A program made the translations under genes and the position numbers. Shown in pieces: positions 1-7,506 of a DNA stretch of 26,103 nt. The stretch is from an uncultured Anaerolineaceae bacterium. GTDB taxonomy: Bacteria > Chloroflexota > Anaerolineae > Anaerolineales > Anaerolineaceae. Position 1 is the stretch's first letter. Each line of letters begins with the position of its first letter. The notes beneath the pieces are model-generated. The model worked only from the letters and a program-made list of their open reading frames with translations, had not been told where the DNA came from and did no database searches. Location of the stretch: positions 1 through 26,103 of the forward strand of contig CAYUGV010000005.1 of NCBI GenBank assembly GCA_964444335.1, given 5' to 3'.

Positions 1-590
1 GTCACGATCGTGCCAAAGCCCGAAAGGGTGAAGACGCGGTCCACTGGCAAGCGGGGGCGATTGAGATCGCGCTTGGGAGGCGTGTTGGCTAATAATTCCG
101 CGAGCTTAAGATTGAGTTGCTCCAAACCCTCTCCGGTTTTAGCTGAGACGCGTAAAATCGGAGCATTTTCCAGTGTGGTGCCTTCCACCAATTCCTGGGC
201 TTCAAGCTCGACCAACTCCAGCAATTCGCGGTCTGTTACCAGGTCGCATTTTGTCAGAACGATCAAACCGCGTGATATTTCAAGCAAGTCCAGTATGGCA
301 AGATGTTCGCGTGTTTGTGCGCTGACGCCTTCGTTGGCTGCGATCACAAGTAAAACCGCATCGATGCCGCCGATGCCAGAAAGCATGTTCCCCACGAAGT
401 CGCGATGCCCGGGCACGTCGATGATACCGATCGTTTCCCCTCCCGGCAACACCATGGAGGCAAATCCAAGGTCGATCGTCATCTCACGGGCGATCTCTTC
501 CTTGAGGCGATCCGGATTAGTGCCGGTCAATGCGGAGATCAGGGTTGATTTACCGTGATCCACATGCCCGGCTGTACCGACGATGTGCAT
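1..590 (-). CDS. selB: Selenocysteine-specific translation elongation factor SelB (N-terminal ~196 codons; runs off the window edge; missing from ORF track)
   Basis: Manual translation from ATG at 590: MHIVGTAGHVDHGKSTLISALTGTNPDRLKEEIAREMTIDLGFA...IIDVPGHRDFVGNMLSGIGGID...TKCD...PRLPVDRVFTLSGFGTIVT. G1 GHVDHGKS, effector MTIDLGFA, G3 DVPGH and 'RLPVDRVF..GFGT.VT' are SelB signatures. It starts 2 nt after the upstream TGA. Confidence 0.92.
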   Translation of the reverse strand, partial: MHIVGTAGHVDHGKSTLISALTGTNPDRLKEEIAREMTIDLGFASMVLPGGETIGIIDVPGHRDFVGNMLSGIGGIDAVLLVIAANEGVSAQTREHLAILDLLEISRGLIVLTKCDLVTDRELLELVELEAQELVEGTTLENAPILRVSAKTGEGLEQLNLKLAELLANTPPKRDLNRPRLPVDRVFTLSGFGTIV

Positions 591-592
591 GA

Positions 593-1786
593 TCAGCCAG
601 ACTTTTTCTCGAGGGACGGTGCGATTTCCTGGATGGAATTCTGATAAGCCATCAGGATGGATTGTACATGGCGCAATGTGCTTCGGTTGAGGACCTCGAG
701 TTGGTCTCGAATGGATGCAGTCAGGTCGTCAACTTCCTGCAGTTGAGCTGCCAGGTCCTTGAACTGCTGCGCGTTCTCGCGACTCTGTTCTTCCTGTGAA
801 AGCATGTAGTTCGTCCAACGTTTTACATCATCCGATTTAAAGCCAGTCCATTCCTGGCGGAAGCGTTCATCGTTCAGTCTCTGGAACTCTGTAATTTCAT
901 TGATCCGGCGTTCAAAACGCTGCGTAACTTCATCCGCACCGCTGACAGCCTTGCTGACTGCCTGGCGGGCAGCTTCAAGGTCTTCCATCTGTTTGTTAAG
1001 GTTCAGGTTAACCTTATCAATCTCAACGAAACGTTTTTCCCAGGCGGCGAAGGTCTTGTCTTTTTCGACAAGCGAGTTGTTCACCTTTTCGATGAAGACA
1101 GACTGCGCTTGCTTGCGGTCTTTTTCAAACGTCTGCAATTCAGCAATGCGCGTATCCAACGTGCGGAAACTATCACTGAAGCTGTCGAAGCGACTGCGTG
1201 TCTCTTCCAAACGCTTGCGCACTGAGGCGACTTCTCCTTGTAAATCCGTCAGGCGCTTGGCTTCCTGGCGGCGGCTTTCCTCCAGTAAGTTCAAAGAGCG
1301 GCGATAATCCTCATCGAAGCGCCCCACTTCCTGAACCTTGACCTTTAATTCATCAATCAAGCGGGCAAGACGTGCATCTTCAACCTTATAGGTTCGCATT
1401 TCCGTTCGGATAGGTTCGATTTGCTCAGTGAAGGGGAAAACATCCGCAACAGATTTTCGCGTGGCTTCGATCTCGAGCTTTGTACGCTTGATAGCTTCAT
1501 TCAAATTGAGTTCAGCGCGTTCGTTGACGTCTCGGATCTGCTTGGTCAGGTCAATATTTAACCGGTCGATCCTGTTATCGTATTTGTCAAGAGTCGCCAT
1601 TTGATTTGTGTTTTTGTTAATCAGTAACTCGAGCTCTTTGATCTGTTTACGCAGGTTGAGGTTATCGCTCTCCAGCTGGTTTAAGCGGTTCTGCAAAGAA
1701 GCGAGGTTGTTTTTGTCATTTCGACGTTCGTTGTCGAGCCATTCGACACGCTTCTCAAGTTGTTCAATTCCAGAATAGTCGTCCAT
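593..1786 (-). CDS. Long coiled-coil protein of unknown function (397 aa)
   Basis: Nearly continuous E/K/R/Q/L-rich heptad pattern with no TM segment or signal peptide. SD-like AAAGGTGA lies just upstream of the ATG. Confidence 0.85.
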   Translation of the reverse strand: MDDYSGIEQLEKRVEWLDNERRNDKNNLASLQNRLNQLESDNLNLRKQIKELELLINKNTNQMATLDKYDNRIDRLNIDLTKQIRDVNERAELNLNEAIKRTKLEIEATRKSVADVFPFTEQIEPIRTEMRTYKVEDARLARLIDELKVKVQEVGRFDEDYRRSLNLLEESRRQEAKRLTDLQGEVASVRKRLEETRSRFDSFSDSFRTLDTRIAELQTFEKDRKQAQSVFIEKVNNSLVEKDKTFAAWEKRFVEIDKVNLNLNKQMEDLEAARQAVSKAVSGADEVTQRFERRINEITEFQRLNDERFRQEWTGFKSDDVKRWTNYMLSQEEQSRENAQQFKDLAAQLQEVDDLTASIRDQLEVLNRSTLRHVQSILMAYQNSIQEIAPSLEKKSG

Positions 1787-1814
1787 AGTTCACCTTTCAG
1801 TGGAAGCTGATGTG

Positions 1815-1820
1815 ATTATA
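1815..1820 (-). promoter_or_regulatory. Putative internal -10 box (TATAAT) for coiled-coil gene + selB
   Basis: Perfect TATAAT on the minus strand in the 57-nt gap, 28 nt upstream of the ATG at 1786. No clear -35. Confidence 0.4.
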
Positions 1821-1843
1821 CAATGTTTACCCATCCTGTCATC

Positions 1844-3280
1844 CTAATTGGGCGGTAGGAGGTGGATGAAGGGATCCAGCAAACTTAAAAAAGGATTAAG
1901 AAAAACATGGGGCAACAACCCCATCAGCATTGACAGGAGAGTCATAAAACAAAGGACAAAAATCTGCCACAAGGATTCTTTGCCATTGATGGAATCGGCT
2001 GGCGATGAGGAATTTGGATCGGTGGTGAGCAAGGTATGCATCAGACGCAGGATGAAGAGTGCCATACCTGCCACTCCCAAACCAATCAAAGGGGTGTAGT
2101 GGTATGCCAGGCCCGCGCCGCTGTTCCAGAGCATGCGTTTGGCGGGGAAGAGCCCAAAGGCAGGCAAACCGAGCAAGGTGAGCAGGCTGATGACCAGGGA
2201 AAGGCTGTGGAAAGGTAACGTGGTGAACATACCACGCAAGGACGTAAAACTACCGTCAATTTCCGGCGCAATCTGTTGAATGGAACTCAGGGTGTAAGCC
2301 CACTGCCAATATGCAAGCGCCCGGGGCAGAATGCTAAGCGCCAGCGCTTCCCCTCCCCCTTGACCGATCAGGCCGATTGCAAGCACCGAATATCCGGTTT
2401 CGATCAGGATAATGTACGCCAGTATGCGGTTGACTTTGGTCTGAAGAGATGCCAACACACCCCCAGCCAGCAGGGTGAGAACGCCTGCCCACTGTATCAC
2501 CGTCAAAATCCCGGTTTGATTCCTAAGCCAGGCAAATTGATCCAAAACTTTTAACAAGAACAATGCCAGGATGCTCTGCTGCATCAAAAAGACAAAACTG
2601 AAAACCCACGGATGCGCTTTTTCGGCAAGCATTGGAAGCCAGGAGTGGAGCGGAAAAATGTTCAGCCACAGTGAAAAACCAATGAGAATCATCACTGTTC
2701 CGCGCAGGATCAAGGTACTGGCACTCGGGGCGGATTCAATGCCTGCAACCATCCAACCACTTAGCAGAATGAAAGGCATCGCGACTGTCTGTGAGACCAG
2801 GTAACGCATCACGCCGCGGTCGGTTTGTTCTCCACGTGGGGTGAGCAGCAGAATGCTGATCAGAACGATCAACTCCACGATCAACGCGGCATAAAGGAAT
2901 GGCTCCACGGAGAGGGTTGTGACCCACAATGCCGTTATAGTCAGAGAGACTGTCGGAAACCATCGGCTTACTGAAAAACGCAATCCGGCAATGTTCCACA
3001 GGAAGCTGAAGAGATACATGATCGCAACAGTTTTCAGTTGGCTGCCGGTGAGGATCAAAGCCCGGTTGAGGATCAGGAAAGTGTCGTCGAACAGGAAATT
3101 CCTCCCACCCAGCGTAAAGTCAAGATTCTGCGGGAGGATAAAAGCTGCTACTGAAAGCAAAAGACTGCCCAGGCAGGCGATCCAGACCGAGAGCTTATGC
3201 AATCGATGAACAGCACTAAGTACCAGGCTGAGCAGAAGAGGGAAAAAGATCCAGATTGTGGGAGTGCTCATCAGGTTCAT
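1844..3280 (-). CDS. NuoN/MrpD/HyfF-like proton-conducting-transporter family membrane protein, degenerate (478 aa)
   Basis: About 14 hydrophobic segments. Motifs LIVELIVL (TM5 Glu), IFPLHSWLP, QTKVNRILAY..ETGY and LLGLPAFGLFPAK match the NuoN/MrpD fold. ATGA overlap with the upstream gene at 3277-3280. Confidence 0.75.
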   Translation of the reverse strand: MNLMSTPTIWIFFPLLLSLVLSAVHRLHKLSVWIACLGSLLLSVAAFILPQNLDFTLGGRNFLFDDTFLILNRALILTGSQLKTVAIMYLFSFLWNIAGLRFSVSRWFPTVSLTITALWVTTLSVEPFLYAALIVELIVLISILLLTPRGEQTDRGVMRYLVSQTVAMPFILLSGWMVAGIESAPSASTLILRGTVMILIGFSLWLNIFPLHSWLPMLAEKAHPWVFSFVFLMQQSILALFLLKVLDQFAWLRNQTGILTVIQWAGVLTLLAGGVLASLQTKVNRILAYIILIETGYSVLAIGLIGQGGGEALALSILPRALAYWQWAYTLSSIQQIAPEIDGSFTSLRGMFTTLPFHSLSLVISLLTLLGLPAFGLFPAKRMLWNSGAGLAYHYTPLIGLGVAGMALFILRLMHTLLTTDPNSSSPADSINGKESLWQIFVLCFMTLLSMLMGLLPHVFLNPFLSLLDPFIHLLPPN

Positions 3281-3876
3281 TCGGACCTGCCCTCCACGTC
3301 TTTGACGATGAAATAGCAGCCAACAAGCGCGAGGCTCAAATTAACAGCGGTGAAAAGCGCTTCGAGCACCCGCGAGAACTCCAGGCTTGCATATAGCAAT
3401 TCGAATCCTGAGAGAAACGTCAGTAAACCAATAACCAGGTAGAGAGGTTCGGTAATGGTGCCCATCTGGAACAAGCCAAAGAAGACCAATCCCAGGCTGG
3501 CAGTGAGGAGAATTTGACTGCTTTGTGGAAAAACAGATTGCTGCATTCCGGATGCGACCAAGTAACTGATCAGAACAAGCAGAATAGCGATTGTCCCGCG
3601 AAAGACTTCTCCGGAAGAAAGGCGTCGACGTTTACGGATTGACTCGACCAAACCTGAAGAAACCAGGGTCATATAGAGCATGACGCTGACCATCAGTCCA
3701 ACGATCAGTTTGATCCCGGCAAGCATCGGAGAGCGAACCTCAAGAATAACCAAAAAAATGCAAGTATATTGCAGCGCCAAAGCAAGCAGGTTCAGCGCCC
3801 ATTGACGCCTCACCAGGTTGATCGCCGCGGCAAGCAAGAGGACAGCAACTGCGATAATGTGCATTGTCTCGTTCAT
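3277..3876 (-). CDS. HyfE-like (NuoJ/K-related) small membrane protein (~199 aa)
   Basis: About 6-7 TM segments. The C-terminal GLFQMGTITEPLYLVIGLLTFLSGFELL resembles the HyfE/NuoK-like segment. Start reassigned from 3936 to the ATG at 3876 (MNETMHII), which forms an ATGA overlap with the upstream stop. Confidence 0.55.
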   Translation of the reverse strand: MNETMHIIAVAVLLLAAAINLVRRQWALNLLALALQYTCIFLVILEVRSPMLAGIKLIVGLMVSVMLYMTLVSSGLVESIRKRRRLSSGEVFRGTIAILLVLISYLVASGMQQSVFPQSSQILLTASLGLVFFGLFQMGTITEPLYLVIGLLTFLSGFELLYASLEFSRVLEALFTAVNLSLALVGCYFIVKDVEGRSE

Positions 3877-5486
3877 GGTTGACCAACCCTTGTATAGATC
3901 AGGATTGCCATGACCAAAAGGAAGAATATGGACCAAAGGACACCGGCTTCACCCTCGAGTACCTGTCGGAAAAAGCCCGCAACATCACCCAACCGCGCAA
4001 AGAGCCAGCGCGCGATCGCGTAAACCCAATCCAGGCTGAAGACGACACGCAAAGCGTTCAGAACTTGATGCCCCAATCGATAGAAAGGAATTTTTGCCTT
4101 GAAACCTTCGCTGGTAAGTTGCAACCCGATTCTATTGGTGATGACACCGCCCACCAAAACCAATCCGATACTGGCAACGCTTCCCCACCAAACACCAATG
4201 GTGAGCACATCCGGCCAACCAACCAGGTTCAGCACCAATATGGTTTGGATAATGAGGATCAGACCAAGCGGGTAAGTGATGCGGGCATACTTTTCCAGGC
4301 CAGTGACGGTGCTGTTGGCTTCGAGTATGTAACGCAGGTAACCACCCACCAGCATCGCATGGCAAATGATCATCACAATGCCAGGCAGGTTTACCCCGTT
4401 TCCAAGTACCGCGCTCCAACCTGAAGCTGCCAGTGTGTAAGGAACGCCCAAAAGTCCGATCAATCCCAACAGGGGGATGAAACGTACTCTACGGATAGGG
4501 GGATCGAATAAAAAAAGGACACCACCGGTCAGAAGCAGCGCCAACCCCCAAACCCGGCTTTGGGCAGGTTCTCCGTTGAGGGCAGATCGCAGAGCAAAAG
4601 CCGAAAGCGCCACAATCCAGTAAGGTCTGCCTTCGTTTGTGTTGGCACGAGTGAGCCACATGGCTGAAGCGTAAAGGGCTGCAAGGACGGTCAGGACACT
4701 GATTACCGATACCAGGCTTTGATTCAAAACCAGGATCTCAGAGGGTAAGTGCGCAATTAAAACCAGGGCGGAAACAACCGGAGCTAAGCGCAGCAATAGA
4801 TCGGTTCCGCGCCGAAGCTCCGGGATATCCTGAACCATAAGGTTCAGAGGCAGCACTCCCAATCGCAATCCGGCTGCAACAAGGAAGAGCAAGCTGGCGG
4901 TTGGGGGAATCTGTGTGAAGTCCAACCCAGCGGTCACTTGCCAACCTACCGCAGTCGCAGCAACCAGGACGAACGTGCTGATCAATCTCACGCCATAGAC
5001 AGTGGTCACTTTTCCGTTTGCCCCTGGACTGCGGAGAAAATTGAGGACGTAAATCATCTCCACCAAGTCTGTTACCGCCCAGGCAATTGCCATAGTTAGC
5101 GGTCCTCTTGCCATGACAGAAACAAGGTTCAAGCCAGTCAGCGCCAGTGCGGCAGCCCAATTGGTGGGAGAGGTGTTGGAGGAAGCCCGGCTGGAATCAG
5201 TCAGGATCACGGCGATGCACAACGCCAGGATGGCAACCATGTAATGCCAGTTGATGTAATCAATGCGGAAGGCAATCACGGTATGGTAGAGGGATTCAGG
5301 CAGCCAGCGGATCAGTTCTACTTCCATTGGTAGGTAAAGCCTCAGGAAAAATGTTCCGAGCCAGGCAAGGGCAGCGCCGGCAATTGCGATGATCCAGGAG
5401 CGCGCAAAGTTTGGCTTGACTGCCTGGCTGATGGTCAGGGCGATGGCAGGAAGCCATAATAAGCCAAATATTCCAATCAGGATCAT
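3873..5486 (-). CDS. NuoL/MrpA/HyfB-like membrane protein, strongly degenerate (537 aa)
   Basis: About 15 TM segments. FRIDYINW (N-terminal 'F.lD.ls' motif), AAGLRLGVLPL (TM7 motif with K>R) and C-terminal LDWVY...EGEAGVLW resemble the NuoL lateral helix and final TM. Confidence 0.6.
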   Translation of the reverse strand: MILIGIFGLLWLPAIALTISQAVKPNFARSWIIAIAGAALAWLGTFFLRLYLPMEVELIRWLPESLYHTVIAFRIDYINWHYMVAILALCIAVILTDSSRASSNTSPTNWAAALALTGLNLVSVMARGPLTMAIAWAVTDLVEMIYVLNFLRSPGANGKVTTVYGVRLISTFVLVAATAVGWQVTAGLDFTQIPPTASLLFLVAAGLRLGVLPLNLMVQDIPELRRGTDLLLRLAPVVSALVLIAHLPSEILVLNQSLVSVISVLTVLAALYASAMWLTRANTNEGRPYWIVALSAFALRSALNGEPAQSRVWGLALLLTGGVLFLFDPPIRRVRFIPLLGLIGLLGVPYTLAASGWSAVLGNGVNLPGIVMIICHAMLVGGYLRYILEANSTVTGLEKYARITYPLGLILIIQTILVLNLVGWPDVLTIGVWWGSVASIGLVLVGGVITNRIGLQLTSEGFKAKIPFYRLGHQVLNALRVVFSLDWVYAIARWLFARLGDVAGFFRQVLEGEAGVLWSIFFLLVMAILIYTRVGQP

Positions 5487-5508
5487 AAGATAATCTCAAT
5501 TGAAAGGA

Positions 5509-6924
5509 TCAAAGAATTTCGCCTGCCTGGCGATGAATAAAGCGTCCTTCGCCAGCTTTACCGAACCAGTTTTGACCGTCAACGATCAATTTTCCTCGCA
5601 AAAAGACTTTGACAGGGTAACCACGCAGTTTCCAACCTTCATATAAATTATAGTCTGTGCGGTGGTGCGCCCAAGCCAGCCCATAGTCCAACTCTTTTTC
5701 CGGATTCCACAAGGTGATATCCGCATCCGATCCTTCGGCGAGAGTGCCTTTTTTGGGATAGAGACCAAAGATCCGGGCAGGATTGGTAGCGGTCAATTCC
5801 ACAAAGCGGTTCGGGGTGATGCGGCCGGTGTTAACAGCATGGGTCCAGAAAACCGGCAAGCGGTCTGCTAACCCAGGCAGGCCATTGGGAATAAGAGTGA
5901 AGTTTTCTTTGCCAAGTTCTTTTCCCGGAATGGCAATTTCCCTGCCTTCATAAACGATTGGCTTTCTGCCATTGAAGAAGAACGGACAATGATCGGTCGC
6001 CAGGACCTGGATGGTACCATCCAGCAGGCCTTGCCAGAGCCCTTGCTGGTCAACTGGCTTGCGCATAGGCGGTGAGCAGATCCATTTTGCGCCGTCAGGG
6101 CGTTTGAGGTCGTCTTCGGTGAAAAAGAGATATTGAGGGCAAGTCTCACCCATGGCAGGGACTGCATGTTTGCGGGCGTATGCAAGCTGATCCACCTCAC
6201 CAGCCACGTTCATATGAACAAGGTAAAGGGGTGAATCTGCCTGGGCTGCCAGGGCAGCTGCACGCAAGCTAGCTTCCACCTCGCCCCAGGCAGGTCGGGT
6301 GCGGGCATGCTGGATGGGAGCAGTTTTTCCAGCAGCGAGCGCTTCTGCCACCAGGATGTCGATCACATCCCCATTTTCAGCATGGACCATGGTGAGCAGA
6401 TTATTTTTTCCACCGATCCGCATGACCTTGAAGATATTACCGTCATCCAACCGCAGTCGGCCGTTATAAGCGGTGAAAACCTTCATGCTGGTGACACCCA
6501 ATCGGGGCAGGTCAGGAAGTTCTTCAGCGACCTGTTCGTCGAAATGAGTGATGTTCATGTGAAAACTGTAATCGATGCTGGTTTTTGGGTCCGCCATGGC
6601 ACGATGCCGCGCGATATTTTCTGCGAGGCTGACAGGCTCCTGTGAAACAAAATCGATCATGGTGGTAGTGCCGCCAAAGGCAGCCGCTTTTCCACCAGTG
6701 TAATGATCATCCGCGGAAATCGTACCAAACATTGGCAGATCCAGGTGTACGTGCGGGTCCACGCCGCCGGGGAGGACTAAAAGACCGCTGGCGTCAACAA
6801 TTGCTGCGTCAGGGTCTACGATACGTTCATCGATCCGGCGTATGATCTCATCCTCCACCAGCAAATCCGCCTTGCGGGTCGTTTGCGCGGTGACAATCGT
6901 TCCATTCTTGATGAGCGTTTTCAT
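5509..6924 (-). CDS. hydA: Dihydropyrimidinase / D-hydantoinase (HyuA/HydA family)
   Basis: PGGVDPHVH (HxH), GGTTT, carboxylatable Lys in SMKVF, HAENG, CSPPMR, ATDHCPF, PNGLPG. Confidence 0.93.
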   Translation of the reverse strand: MKTLIKNGTIVTAQTTRKADLLVEDEIIRRIDERIVDPDAAIVDASGLLVLPGGVDPHVHLDLPMFGTISADDHYTGGKAAAFGGTTTMIDFVSQEPVSLAENIARHRAMADPKTSIDYSFHMNITHFDEQVAEELPDLPRLGVTSMKVFTAYNGRLRLDDGNIFKVMRIGGKNNLLTMVHAENGDVIDILVAEALAAGKTAPIQHARTRPAWGEVEASLRAAALAAQADSPLYLVHMNVAGEVDQLAYARKHAVPAMGETCPQYLFFTEDDLKRPDGAKWICSPPMRKPVDQQGLWQGLLDGTIQVLATDHCPFFFNGRKPIVYEGREIAIPGKELGKENFTLIPNGLPGLADRLPVFWTHAVNTGRITPNRFVELTATNPARIFGLYPKKGTLAEGSDADITLWNPEKELDYGLAWAHHRTDYNLYEGWKLRGYPVKVFLRGKLIVDGQNWFGKAGEGRFIHRQAGEIL

Positions 6925-6930
6925 AAAACC

Positions 6931-7497
6931 TCACTTTTTCGCGGAAGTAATGCCGCTCAATAAAGCCAACAAGGTTGGATCCAGGGGAATTTCCGGCAGG
7001 GGAGCCGCATTGTAGGCTTCGCTCCGCGATGCGCGCTCTCGCAGCGCCGCCCAGAGGACTGGTCGTTCCTGGTCGTGTACAGGCAGGTCGCCCAGTTCTT
7101 TCGCATCCCGAACGTGCCGCATGGTCGTGTAGAAGAAGGTCACACGTTTCCAATTGCCGGCGGGAATGGGCTTGGGTAGTTCGATCAGACCGCCCAGTTG
7201 AAGCTTGAAATACTCTTCATTTGCCCTGGGGTGGTCCGGTTGGTCGCGAAAGAGTTGATCACGGGTGGTCAGTTCATGCCCAATGATCGGCGCCAGCCAT
7301 CTGATCTGCCAGCGTTCCCTGGCACCAAAGCTGCCAGTCTGATAGAGCGCCAGGTAGTCGACAGCAATCACCTTGGGGGCGTTTTTCAGCGGAATGCGAT
7401 ACCAGCCCAGAAGGCGGGCAATGTCGAGATCCCTTTGGTTGGGGATGATCGCCACCAGCACCAGGCTGGTATCGTCAATTGTCTCTAGCGCGCTCAA
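6931..7497 (-). CDS. Conserved hypothetical protein, possibly a stand-alone PUA/EVE-like domain (188 aa, TTG start)
   Basis: AAGGAG SD upstream of TTG at 7497, with 9-nt and 6-nt gaps to its neighbours. Motifs LVAI..N.RD..IA...GWYRIP, DYLALYQT..F, GHEL..R.QLF.D.PDHPRA.E.Y.K.QLG, W.RVTF..T. The fold call is from recall, not a search. Confidence 0.75.
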   Translation of the reverse strand: MSALETIDDTSLVLVAIIPNQRDLDIARLLGWYRIPLKNAPKVIAVDYLALYQTGSFGARERWQIRWLAPIIGHELTTRDQLFRDQPDHPRANEEYFKLQLGGLIELPKPIPAGNWKRVTFFYTTMRHVRDAKELGDLPVHDQERPVLWAALRERASRSEAYNAAPLPEIPLDPTLLALLSGITSAKK

Positions 7498-7506
7498 ATG
7501 GCTCCT

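Noticed and set aside
10-558. 182-aa plus-strand ORF
   Set aside because: It is the antisense shadow of selB, has an S/R-rich non-protein-like composition and shows no motifs.
3877-3936. N-terminal extensions in the ORF track (also 12267-12365, 14557-14634, 15860-15883, 18569-18625)
   Set aside because: They overlap neighbouring genes or promoters. Downstream ATGs have an ATGA coupling, an SD or a -10 box and match family N-termini.
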